DNA from: Lama guanicoe
Lineage: Eukaryota
Direction: 5' to 3'
Assembly: GCA_013239625.1 (NCBI GenBank)
Contig: MU053365.1
Coordinates: 186,001-250,000 of the forward strand
Length of the DNA: 64,000 nucleotides
A program made the translations under genes and the position numbers. Position 1 is the stretch's first letter. Each line of letters begins with the position of its first letter. Under the pieces are notes generated by a model. The model saw nothing but the letters and a program-made list of their open reading frames with translations. It was not told where the DNA came from and made no database searches. This document shows positions 13,200 through 25,045 of this stretch, one piece after another.

Positions 13200-13430
13200 A
13201 GTGTGCAAAGGGGTGAAAGAGCAGGCTTCAGTGTAAAGCTGATTTGGGTTCAGATCCCTGCTCTTCTGCTTACAAACTGTGTGATCCGAAGTGAGCTGTA
13301 AATCTCTTCAAGTGTCAGTTTCCACATTGAGTATAACGGGGTTAATGCCGATATTGACTTTGTGGGATTAAATGAAGTAAACGCGCTTGGAGAACTTGGC
13401 CCAGTGCCTGCTGCTAATGGTGGGTGTTCT
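13200..13430 (+). mobile_element. MIR SINE
   Basis: gggttcagatccctgctct...ctgtgtgatcc...tcagtttccaca...ggattaaatga...cagtgcctg. Confidence 0.7.
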
Positions 13431-13499
13431 TATTCTTGGGATGAACAAGGTCATGTTGAATGTGTCTAGTCAGGCCCTACGGCCAATGGATAGGGCGGG

Positions 13500-13790
13500 A
13501 CTGTGTAAGCCTCTGTGTGGGCAAGTTAATTTCCAGGAGTGTGAAATTGCTGGGCCAGAGGGTATGTGAATTTTAAATTGCCATAGATAGTGCCAAACCA
13601 ATCCCTTGAAAGATAGCACGTATTTACACTTTCACTAACACTGGATGAGAGGCTGGTTTCCCGTCACCTGCACCAGCACTGGGTACATCACAGCCTTATG
13701 TTTTGCTGATGCGCTCAGCAGAAAATGGTATTGCACTGCGCTGATGTATGTTTCTGTACTTCTTAGTGAGACTGAACGTATTTTCTGGTG
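13500..13790 (-). mobile_element. Old L1 fragment (ORF2 3' region)
   Basis: gaaattgctgggccagagggtatg...atttacactttcactaacactggatgagag matches the antisense L1 ORF2 end. Confidence 0.65.
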
Positions 13791-14235
13791 CCCCCTTTAA
13801 GAGAACCAGCCACTTGGGTACTCTGCTTGTTGCGCTGGGTTGCATGCAGATGATGCCCTACTGGGTTAAGTGTGGGGGATGCTAGACAAAGGTGGTCTTT
13901 GGATCGTTGCATCCCCCTGTGCGCAGGGACTTCACAGGCCTAAGAGAACTGTTTCCCACCTAGTTGGGCTGAGCGTCCTGCAATCCTGTCTCAGCCTGTG
14001 CCAGCTCTCCTGCTTCTGGTCTTGGGTGGAAGGAGGGGAAGCCAGGGAGAATTCTAAATTACTCAGCTGAGAAGTCACAGAAATGACCTGAATTCCCAAC
14101 TCTGCCATTTACTGGCCATGGGACTGTAGGCAAGTCACCCATGCTTTCTTAAGGAAGTCCTATATTTCTTTTCTGGTGGGGGCAAGAAGAGGTTAGGACT
14201 TCTCATTCTGGCAGCCCATAGTGGGGTTTACAACT

Positions 14236-14355
14236 TAGGGTGGTCAGATAGAATATACCATGTCCGGTTTATTTCAAATAAAGAATGAATTCTTTTGCAT
14301 AAATATGCCCCATGTAATACGCTTTTCTCCCCTAAATTTGGAAATCCTGGCAACA
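14236..14355. mobile_element. MER53-like hAT MITE remnant, flanked by MIR pieces (~14060-14150 and ~14400-14530)
   Basis: Termini tagggtggtcagat... and ...aaatcctggcaac resemble MER53 terminal inverted repeats. Confidence 0.5.
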
Positions 14356-16585
14356 GTGCCATTTCTGTGTACACTTCTGGTATCCTTGTGTCTGTCTCTC
14401 GGGAACTCAGTGTTCTCCTCTGGAAAATGGGCTGAATAACATCCGCCCTGAAGCCCTCACAGGGCTGTTGTGCGGATCAGAAGGGATGATGGATATAACA
14501 TTGTTTGGCACATAATAATGTGCTCTTCCAATATTAGATGGTAGGACCAGTACTTATAGATACTGTACATAGAATGGGCATCATAGAGGGGCTCCTCCAG
14601 GGAGAACCCCCCCCCTTCCTCTTCCTCACCAAAAAATATGTAGGGAGGTGGCTGGGAACGTGTGGATTGCATCTCATGGACTATGGTGCCACAGAATGTC
14701 ACCATTATCCTCTCCAGTACAAACATAACCATGTTTCATATTTTGCACTAAATAAGCATTTGGGTTTAAATATCACTCTTTCTGTTAAATCGATATATTT
14801 TTTTAAATGCCTGCATGGGATAATTATTTTCCCTAAAGAGCACGAAGAATACGTTGCAGCCTCCTTCCTGCTTAACAGTGTATAGTAATAAAAGGTCTGT
14901 CACCCTCAGAATGCTTATTACGGTGACAAATCACTAGGAGAAAGGGGAAATGATTCAGTGCCTGCTCAATTCCGTTTATTCAGATCCTGCACATTCCAAA
15001 TCTGAGGCATGCAGCCCTGTTTGGAGGGCAAGCGGGAGGCAATGGTTTAGGGGAAAAGTACTGGGTCAGTTTTCCACCTGGATATCGTTTTCAAATTGTA
15101 GCCGAGCAATTAAATTTTTTATTACTGAAGTTCGATTGCCTCCCTCCCGCCACCAAGTCTCCCTAAACAGCAATTCTCTTGTCTTCTCATCGAAGGGAGC
15201 CGTGCTATAACTTTAAGAGCATGAAAGCAAACGTGGGGAGGAGGTCAGTGTGCAGGGCACTCAGCAGGTTTGATGTGTCAGTGGATAAATGATGAGATCA
15301 CATCTGGAACAGTTTGCTGAATAAATAAAATGTGAAACCTCATATATCACTGCCCACCTTCCAATCTGTAAGGGAAAGAGCAAATAAATTCTCTAATGAC
15401 CTTGTAAAGCACATAAAAAATATTGAATAAACTCTAGACATTTTGTGGCTAAAAGTGTCCCATATTAAATAACGAAGGTAAGAGTGGGGAGATGCTGGAG
15501 GTACAGGATGATGCTTTCTCATACTGCACCGTTTCATCCTATGTGTTGTTTATTAGTCCACGCTTGTATAGCTGTGAATAATGTAATTCTGGCTTTAAGT
15601 CAGTGTCATAGAAACACTCTTCCTTCGGAGATGTTCCCAGAGGAGCTTTCATATTTACACCTAGAGAAGGTTGTTCTCGGTGTTTATGGCTTTGCCTGCC
15701 ACGGGATTCTGCCGTCTATAATCACCACTCATTTATGCAGATTTCCAGTGCCATTAACTGGAGGAAATCTTTGGGCCAACACAGGTACCAGAAAATTCCA
15801 GCTGCCAAATACCAGAAGTGACATGTCTTGGCTCTGTCAAGGCTCCATCCCCCTTAGCATTTACTGCCAGGGGTCATTTATGTGCATGAATATTAAACGG
15901 CAACTGGTGAGCAGGTGGTGTCCCAGCCCCTGCCCCAGGAAGCCTGGATTCTAGTCTCAGTTCTGCCCCTAACTTTCTGTGTGACCTCAGACAAGCTTCT
16001 TCTCTACTTTCTCATCTGCAAAATAAATGAGGGTGGGCCTCCAAGCTTGCCAAAGGCCCTCCCAGCTCTGGCATTTCTCGAGTGTCTGATTTGTCAGGTG
16101 GGGCAGCCAGCAGCTGTCTGACCAACAGCTAAGTATTATCACGGTGCTGAGAGACATAGGCCAGTGAAGCCCTTGTGCAGTTCCTTCAGTGACCGTAAAA
16201 GGAAAGAAGAGATCTTCTGAGCCAACTTATGGGCCGTGGCGTCACCGTTAAGCATCACGTGCTCTCAGGCAGCTCTGTGGGTGGATCTAGCAATTCAGAG
16301 CAGTGGCCACGTTTCGATCAGTGTGATGCCTCGGTAATGAAGGCGGAGCTGCGCTGGGGGGTCTGACCGAACTTTACACGTGTTGGACCGGTGTTATTGT
16401 CTCATGCCAGGTCTGAGGACATGGGGAGCCAGCTGCCCTCCCTTCTTCTTCCCCAGCCAAACCCTTTGGGCCACTTCTCTTGCAGAAAGTGTGCCTGGTT
16501 GAGACCGAATACGCCAGAAGCCTGGCTCCTTGAAGGAGAACATAGCTTGCTCTTTTTCTCTCTCATTCTGTTCCTCCCTGTCCAG

Positions 16586-16804
16586 CATGGGCCACTCTGG
16601 GGGAACGCTGCTGGCCTGTAGGCCTCCTCTTGGCTGTTGGAGAAGGATTTGTTAATGTGATAATGAGGCCCTTGGTCATGGCTCCAAGTGGCCTTCTCTT
16701 TTGCACGTATTGAACACATCTGCAAGTACTCAGTTAAGAATGCAAATAGGCAGTTGTTTCCCCGAGTGACAGATGGTCAGTCACTCCCATAATTGCACCA
16801 GTGG
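16586..16804 (+). other. Candidate exon (219 nt), probably non-coding or alternative
   Basis: Long pyrimidine tract ttgctctttttctctctcattctgttcctccctgtccag| and consensus-like donor TGG|gtgagt. Confidence 0.35.
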
Positions 16805-17325
16805 GTGAGTATTTACAGGTGTATTCTGGACATCTCCCATCAGACTGCCGTGGGAACCACAGTTACATCCAGAGAGAAAGTTTGTCACAGACCTTTAAGT
16901 GATCCATCCCTTCATTCCTCTGTTGCTCATTTTCTGTGCTTCCAAGTGGGAAATTCTTAGAATCCTGTCCAGCTGACTTTGCCCGTCGGAGATCCCAGTG
17001 ACTCTGTGTGCTAGAAATCTTGGAATGGGAAGACACACTCTGTTGCTGGTTGGCAGAGTTGTGTCTGAGGAGGAAAAGTTAGCTCTCTTCCCTCCAAAAG
17101 GATCTGCAGCTGGGGCAGGATCGCTCCTCGTCCCTCAGCCTTCATTGGCTCATTAGGATCCTCCATCTGTGTTCAATTTGAGAGAGGGAAAAGGGGTAAA
17201 GCTGACACCCAATAGCAGGAAGAACTGATTTCCAGGTCTCTCTTAGCATCTGGGGCTTTGGAAGAGAACGCCGTCCACTGGTGAGACAGGGCTGTTGGTG
17301 CTGTCCTCGCACCAGCACTGTCCTT

Positions 17326-17779
17326 TTTTTTTTAAATTGAAGTATAGTTGCTTCACAATGTTGTGTTAATTTCTGGTGTACAGCATAGTGATTCAGTTAT
17401 ACAGATATAAATATATTCTTTTTCATCATAGGTTATTACAAGATATTGAATAGAGTCCCCTGTGCTATACAGTAGGTCCTTGTTGTTTATCTATTTTATA
17501 TATGGTACTTTCTATCTGTTAATCCCAAACTTACAAACTCTATTTACCCCTCCCCCTCTTTGCCCTTTGGTAACTGCAAGTTTGTTTTCTATGTCTGTGA
17601 GTCTGTTTCTGGTTTGTAAGTAAGTTCACATGTGTCATTTTTTTAGCTTCCACATATAAGTGATATCATATGATATTTGTCTTTCTCTGACTAACTTCAC
17701 TTAGTATGATAATCTCTAGGTCCACCCATGTTGCTGCAAATTGTATTATTTCAATCTTTTTTATGGTTGAGTAATATTT

Positions 17780-17819
<40 letters not shown>

Positions 17820-17861
17820 CACATCTTCTTTATCCAATCATCTGTCAATGGACATTAAGGT
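17326..17861 (-). mobile_element. Cetartiodactyl-type L1 3' end
   Basis: Poly-T tail, L1 3'UTR, and a long degenerate TSD at 17299-17324 and 17862-17887. Confidence 0.85.
17782..17816. repeat. (GT)17 microsatellite inside the L1
   Basis: Directly visible uninterrupted dinucleotide run. Confidence 0.95.
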
Positions 17862-18777
17862 TGCTGTCCTCTCACCAGCGCTATCTTAAGAGTACAAATA
17901 AACTGGAGCCATTGGGTGGCATGAAGAGCCGTGCTGAGAGATCCAAGTCCACGTGCTAGCTCTGCTTCTGGCTATCCATGTGACCTTGGGCAAGGCATGT
18001 GACATTATCTCTTTGTCTACCTAAAGAGGACATAATACCCCCTGCCAGATGGCATCATGGAGAGTTACGGGGGTGATGTTTGTGAAGTTCTGTGTAAAGG
18101 GTGAAGTACTGGTGCAGCACGTGACACATGGCCACTCCTTTACTTTACAGGGACTATTGCTACATCCTCACTCTGTGGGAATTTCTCTCATATGAAAATT
18201 ATAGTGTTTTCTGTCCAGATGAGGAAATTATGTATATAAATACAGATCCTGGTACAATAGGAATCCACGTGCTGATTTAATGTGTGAACAAACCATTATT
18301 TCTTGGATTAAAAATAAACATTTGAAGAGGAAGGGAGATTAGGGAGAATACACATTTTTCAGTTTTAAGCTCACCCCAGGGCAACGCCCCCATTCCCTCC
18401 CAGTGTGACCAGCTGCAGTGGGCGCAGACTCAGCGAAGTGGAAGGGAGCGGGCAGTAAGGGGCAGAGTGACGATGCAAGTGAGGAGGGCTCTTCGCGTAT
18501 CCAGAGTTAGGTGCATTTCCCCCACCGACTCCCAGTGTCCAACATTGGTTGAAAGGTTTTACAGGGCATAGACTAATCTGTATTTGACAAGTTATTTTGA
18601 TGTCATGCTCTTTGCACAATTTCAGGAAAAATCATTTCTTGCTAGAATGTAAAATCAGGTATTTCCTTTTCCTGGCCCACTGAGGGACAGGACTCAAGTC
18701 TACACAGGGCAATGACACAGCCTAGGAGATCATGTAGCAAACCCCCTGTGGGGTTACCAAGAAAGGACTGAACATTT

Positions 18778-19515
18778 TTTATTGAAATGTAGTTGATTTA
18801 CAACATTCTATTAGTTTCTGGTGTACAGCATAATGTTTTAGTCATACACATACATGCATATATTCATTTTCATATTCTTTTTCATTATAGGCTACTGCAA
18901 CATAGTGAATGTACTCCCCTGTACTATACAGTAGGTCCTTGTTGTTTATCTAATTTATACATAGTAGTGTGTATCTGTTAATCCTAAATCCCTCACTTAT
19001 TCTTCATCCCCTTTCCCCTTTGGTAACCATAAGTTTGTTTTCTATGTTTGTGAGTGTGTTTCTGTTTTGTAAATAAGTTCATTTGTGTCATGTTTTTAGA
19101 TTCCACACATAAGTGATGTCATATGATGTTTCTCCTCTGTCTGACTTACTTCATTAGTATGATCATCTCTAGGTCCATCCATGTTGCTGCAAATGGCATT
19201 ATTTTATTCCTTTTTATGGCCGAGTAATATTCCATTGTATACAGATACAACAATTTCTTTATCCATTCATCTGTCGATGGATATTTAGGTTGCTTCCACA
19301 TCTTGGCTATTACAAATAGTGCTGCTGTAAACATTGAGGTGCATGTATCTTTTCAAATTAAAGTTTTCTTTGAATACTCAGGAGTGGGATTGCTGGAGCA
19401 TATGGTAAGTCTATTTTTAGTTTCTAAGGAATCTCCATACTGTTCTCCACTGTGGCTGTACCAGTTTACATTCTTACCAACAGTGTAGGAGGGTTCCCTT
19501 TTCCCCACAGCCTCT
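18778..19515 (-). mobile_element. L1 3' end including the ORF2 C-terminus
   Basis: ORF 19146-19334 MFTAALFVIAKMWKQPKYPSTDEWIKK is the L1 ORF2 C-terminal region; TSD agaa(a/g)ggactgaacattt at 18760-18777 and 19516-19533. Confidence 0.9.
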
Positions 19516-19769
19516 AGAAGGGACTGAACATTTGTGTGAAGTTTGGTATTGACAGATGATATGATTCCAGTTCCTTCAGCATTGATGCTTCTCCTTCCTT
19601 GAGCCGAGCCCACGAGTGGCCTGCTGTTTCAGCATGGTTCTGAGTTGTGCTGCTTTGGTGATGAGTTTGTGCTGAACTGTTCAGCCTTGGAGGTCGGCCT
19701 TGCTGAGACTAAGAGTGCCATTTATTGTGGGGCTGAAGATCCTAACCTGGCTGTGCCCTGGCCCCCTCA

Positions 19770-20185
19770 GTGGTCTGCTGCAGCCTATAGGCCTGTATCA
19801 GAAAGGCCTTTAAATGTATAAAACGCATGACATTAGAAAGGGAATCAATAATACTGAACCATAGTCATAAAATGTTTTAACAAACACATTTGTGATACAG
19901 TAGCTTATGTACTTCCTTATCAAGGCGTTTTGAACAATGACTGTAATTCAAGAGTCATAAATGACATTTTGAGATACCTTCAACAACTCGAAAGTGATTT
20001 GCAAATATCTGTAATTTCTCTTGGTGACATGTGACAAGTACTGACTGTGACTACTACTACTGTGGCTTATTACCCACATTCATTCATTGGGGGAGATTCT
20101 AAATTCTACTTAGAAGTTGGTGAAACTAACAGTGTAACTTTCATCCAATCCAGGTTTCCAGTTTGCAGCTCAAGCACCCCTGCTA
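19770..20185. mobile_element. Charlie4-like hAT DNA transposon remnant
   Basis: tactactgtggcttattacccacattcat...ttctaaattctacttagaagttggtgaaactaac resembles the recalled Charlie4 sequence. Confidence 0.6.
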
Positions 20186-20289
20186 GAGGAGGACCAGCCT
20201 TGGCCCAGGTGGCAGGAGCCTAGACCATAATCTTCTGAGCAGTGCGGCCCTGGGGAGGAGGGGCGTTTTCCTAGAGAGGGTCCCTCCTC

Positions 20290-20700
20290 GGCTTGCATGC
20301 TCTGGGTCTTGTTCCAGCTCTCCCAGTCATTTTCTGTGTGTCCTGGGTCAAACCACTTATCAAATGTGGAACTTCAATGTTCTCATTCGTGAAGAGAGAT
20401 GGAGGGCTTAGATCATCTCCTGAGACCCCTTCCAGTTGCGATACCTCTATGATTCAATGATGCCATTGAAAATTTCAGTCATACTAGTTCTGGGGAAAGT
20501 GGATTATAGGAAAGAACATGGAGTCTGACATCCACAGTCCTGGGTGGCTTAGAAGTACGCATTTTCTTGTTACTAACTGTGTGATCTTGGGCAAATTAGT
20601 TAACTTGCTTCAGCCTTAGTTTCCTTAGTCATAAAATGGGAACAATCATAGTATCTCCTCCTCTAATGTATCTGTGTGAAGCATTAACCAGGGGATGTTT
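20290..20700 (+). mobile_element. Two MIR-family fragments
   Basis: tgtgtgtcctgggtcaaaccactt... and ctgtgtgatcttgggcaaattagttaac...cagccttagtttcc...taaaatgggaacaat. Confidence 0.7.
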
Positions 20701-21553
20701 TTGTTTGTTTCTCAGCTGGTTACATAAAGGACTTGAGAGGGTGTTTAGGATGTCCCATTTGTTGCCTCAGATAGCTCCTTTGGAGCAGGTGAATGGATTA
20801 GGCTGCCCCTGGGTCAGGGCACCATACATCGGCTTTAGTCATACCCCCACCCACCTGAATTAATATCCCCATTTTACAGTGAAACAACTGAGGCTCTGAG
20901 GCCCAAGGACTCACCTCTCCATCTCTGTCTCCCTCTCTCTCTTTGGGGCTCCAGCTAGAGTGTGCACTCTGACATTTTCCTTCACTTTCTTAACTTCATG
21001 AGAAAATGCTAAAGCTCGTTTTAGTCTCTTCATTTCCATTAAGAATATCACCAAGAATTAATCTATTTTGAAAAAAAAAGGACAAAATGTGGGGTAACGG
21101 TCTCACTTTTATATTTCCTTCATGCCCTGGAAGCAAACAGTGACATTTCAAGCTTCCTTTGGGCTTCCTTGTTGGGGTAAAGAGTGGAAATAGCTATCAA
21201 ATGAGATGAGTGGTGATTTGATTTGTGAAGTTTTTATTGAAGGCGTGACAAGGGATCTAGTAATTCGTTTTTAAAAATTAAGAAGAATGCCCTCTAAGAT
21301 CATAACCGTTAATGGGCTGCCTCATTCCCAGATCCTGGCAACAGGGGTCCTCATTTTTTTTTTAAAGCATACAAATAGAAGAAAATACAAACGCCTAATA
21401 AGGAACTTCCAGTTCAATTAGTCAATCAGCTATCGCAGTGCTGCCCTAAGACTAGGAAACAAGGAAGCCAAAGACCTTTCGCCTTCATGCTTTATTGGCT
21501 TTTAAAATTCTCCGGACGTACCTGTGATCTCAAGTGCTTCCCTTCCATTGCAG

Positions 21554-22500
21554 AGCAAGCTACTTACAGGAGAGCTACACCTGCTCTTGAACTCAAGGCT
21601 TTGAGAGTTCCAGGATGGATTCTACATTGCCTACATTTCCTGTTGGATCGCTAAGGCTCACAGATAGATCCTCCCCTACCCCCTCAGCCCACAAGAAAGG
21701 CCCCTCTGGCCTTAGTGTGACCACCTCCACCACCATCCGCATCCCCACCACCATCAATGAACCGTCATGGAAGAGAAGCCGCAGCTCCTCCCATCCTCAG
21801 GGCCGGACCATGCTAAGTCCTTCTTTCTCCTAGCAGCTCCTGGATTTAATGTTTGGCAGGAAAAAAAATGGCATCTTTGGGGGTTCCTGGATTGTCAACC
21901 TAAGAGGAGAGTATTTGGTGCCGGCTCACATTTCTCACCGCAGCTGGGGAATGGAGAGAAATGTAAGCATCCAAAGCAAGTCTCTTTTGCCCTCTTCAAA
22001 AGCGTGGCTGGGGAAGAAGGATTATGCTCCTGAGAATTGTCCCCGTTATGTTCTGTTACAGTAGAAACATTGTCCTGGTCAGGGGCCTGTTTCTAAAACA
22101 TTCCCAGGACTTTAAATTTGGAAACCAAAAAAAAAGTGAAAGAAAGTTTCCTGTTGAGTCAGCCAACGCAAACACATGGCCAGGCCCCCAGAAACTAGAA
22201 AGCATAGGGTCACGCAGACGTCTCACGGGGATCGCCACAGGCCCTAAGTGAAAAACGCTTGTTCATGCAGAATGTGAGAATATGGAAAGCAAATGTGGTG
22301 CCGTCCCCCAGGGCCTCCCGACCTGCTGGATTGGGATGATTTATTAAAGCGTCAGGCAGGAAAGGACTAAGTTGCCTTTAGAGAGCAGCTAATTTCATGT
22401 TTTAGTTGCTGGTAAATAAGTCAGTCCCAGATAAATGCACCCATCGTGTGCTATGGAGATTTTATTTTTAGAGGAATAAACACCAGTTCTTCAAAATATT
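21554..22500 (+). other. Candidate terminal exon / 3'UTR of the plus-strand transcript
   Basis: Acceptor tgcttcccttccattgcag|; ~950 nt without recognisable repeats; AATAAA at 22475-22480 followed by a U/GU-rich stretch near 22525. Confidence 0.35.
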
Positions 22501-23006
22501 CAGGGGACTCCGGTGCCAAGTCCACTGTTGCTTGCTCTTTCCGGGCATCTGAGATGTCTGAGGTAGTCTCCACAGAATAGGGCCTCTTTGGAATGGCCTT
22601 GAGAGGTCTGACCTGAGAGGACCTGGTCAAGTACTTGTCATCATCTGCAAAGGGGCCATGACAGAAAGGTATCCCTTTAGTATCTCGTGTGGCAACTGGG
22701 CCAGCCATCTGATCCACACGCCCTCCCTTCTCCAGCCCAACTCCATATCCGACTATAGTCTCTGGCTGGGGCTGCTCTGAAGCCTTGCTGTACCCACGAA
22801 GAGGAGGTGGCTGCAGGACTGCCGCCGCCTCTCTGTTGGTGGGATGCATGCTGGTTCTTGCTTAATGGCAGGCTCTTCTAATCTACTTTGCTCATCTCGA
22901 AAGCTGCATTCTTCCTCACTGGTCCTGGACCAGGAAGATATGCCTCACTGGGCCAGACTCATGGCCTTCCCAGCCCCTGATTTCTGACACGAACACCACG
23001 TAGGTC

Positions 23007-23185
23007 CAGGGTTGCTGGGCAGTTGTGCAGATTGTATATTACACCACCCTAGGGGATGCCCTTCCCTCAGTGGATAACAAAGATTATATCTTTCTTAGAC
23101 AAGTTTTCCAACTTATGTAAGTCAAATGTCTAGTGAAAAGGGTGCCTATTTTCTTATTTGCACAAAGGCTAGCAGCAGCCTCGGG
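23007..23185. mobile_element. MER91-like hAT-Tip100 element
   Basis: cagggttgctgggcagttgtgcagattgt...ttttcttatttgcacaaaggc. Confidence 0.55.
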
Positions 23186-24057
23186 GTGGGCCCTCCCCCA
23201 TAACTCAGCTGTTTACTCCAAGATGCCCATCAAACCATACACCATTTTTAGGATGAAAAGGACTTAGCAGGGAAGATGGGCCTACAGGGGAGAAGAGAGT
23301 TGCCCAAAGTTGCACAGCAGAGCTGGAGTTGGAACCCTAACCCGTCTTCCTGTCCTCTACCCTTTCCACTGCACCCATTCAGGGCCTCTCACCTGTGCCT
23401 GTACTGTAACCCTTCTGTGTGACTGGTCTATGCCAGGGAGATGTATATCATAGGTTTGACCCCAGACCAGCCCCTCTCATGTGAATATTCCAGGATGCAG
23501 CTGACATCCTTTCTATATCCTCTGTAATTTGATAAACAGTTATACAATTTTAGACTATAGACCATACGGTTTTCCTTAGGACATTTTCTCCCATCCTTGG
23601 TGCCTACAAACCAAAGATTCCCAACCAGGCAGGCTATTGTCCCAAGGCGGTCTGTCCATCAGTCAAAGCATAGCTATTCTTGTATCTCCCCATTGACTAT
23701 GAGATAAAGTCTATTTTCTTTAGCTTGGAAAAGATGGTCCTCAGTGATCTGCTGCTGCCTACTTTGTATCCTCACATCAAAGCAAAATTGGATATGTCTG
23801 ACAGTGGCCACCCAGCCTGCTTGCTGTCCCCCGAACATTTTTCACTATTTCCTGGTAACATGACTTTGCTCTAGCTACTTGATCTGCCAGAAACATCCTT
23901 CCTCCTTCTTCTGTCTGTTAAAGGATTGCTGGACCGCCAAGGCTAAGTTCCAGTCCTTTCCATGGAGCCTTCTGTCTTCCTTTTCAACATGCACCACTGT
24001 GCCCCCTAGCCAAGAGCACCCTGCACCCCTCCTGGAGCACCTATACCAGAATTCTTT

Positions 24058-24361
24058 TTTTTTTAAGTCTTAAGTAATCCTGTTTATTTATTTATTTATT
24101 TGAAGTATAGTTGATTTATAATGTGTTAGTTTCTGGTGTACAGCACAGTGATTCAGTTATATACATATATTCTTTTTTATCTTTTTCATTATAGGTTTAT
24201 TACAAGATACTGAGTATAGTTCCCTGTGCTATACAGTAGGTCCTTGTTGTTTATCTCTTTTATATGTAATAGTATGTATTGGCTAATCTCAAACTCCTAA
24301 TTTATCCCTCCCCCTTCCCCTTTGGTAATCATTAGTTGTTTTTAATGTCTGTGAGTCTGCT
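24058..24361 (-). mobile_element. L1 3' end with a short extra 3' segment, inserted in L2-like sequence
   Basis: TSD cagaattcttt at 24047-24057 and 24362-24372; L1 3'UTR from ~24102. Confidence 0.85.
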
Positions 24362-24529
24362 CAGAATTCTTTCTGTACCTCTGTGTCCCCACTAGATAGG
24401 CAATGGACTCAAATGGGAACAGAGACCATGCCTGCCTTGCTCACCACTCTTAGAACAAAACTTGCCGCAGACCATGAACTTGGTAAGTGGTAACTACACT
24501 AAAAGGAATTGATCAATTTGCTTTCATCC

Positions 24530-25045
24530 AGTTATGATTTTTTTCAAAATATTTATCAAGTACTTATTCTGTGCCAGCAGTCAGTGGTGAGCAGGGCAGA
24601 TGTAGTGCCTGCCCTATTTGAGCTCATAGATTATAGGTGAGACAGGGAGGTACCAAACTGCCAAAGAGTCTGACAAATGTCACTGTAGAGTATGCACAGG
24701 ATGCCCAAGAGTGCACAAATCTACACTGCCTGGAGAAAGTGACATTTCAGTTAGATCTGAATGATGAGTAGGAATTGGCCAGGTGAGGAAGGTGGGAGGA
24801 GAAAGTCCTGAAAGCAGAAAGACCAGCATGTAAGAAGGCTTGAAAGTGAGAGAGAACACGACTTGTTCAAAGACGTGCTCTGAGCCAGCACTCTGGGTGA
24901 GGGGGAAGACAGGAGGCTGGCAAGGTGGGCGAGGCCAGAACATTCAGGGCCTTTTAAGCCACAGGGTGGAGTCAGACTTTCTCCTAAGAGCAGAGGGAAC
25001 GCTTTGGAGGGTTTTACGCGGGGAGATGACACTGTCAGGTCGGCC
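24530..25045 (-). mobile_element. L2 LINE 3' remnant
   Basis: atttatcaagtacttattctgtgccag...ctggagaaagtgacatttcagttagatctgaatgatgagtagga...ggagggtttta. Confidence 0.75.

Noticed and set aside
15484..15954. 156-aa ORF
   Set aside because: Non-ATG start, no recognisable homology, and it runs into a MIR-like fragment
22451..22849. 132-aa minus-strand ORF
   Set aside because: No recognisable domain and no supporting promoter or splice context; length is compatible with chance
23040..24014. CTCF sites (in the MER91-like element and at ~24000)
   Set aside because: Only partial matches with mismatches at core positions, both inside repeats
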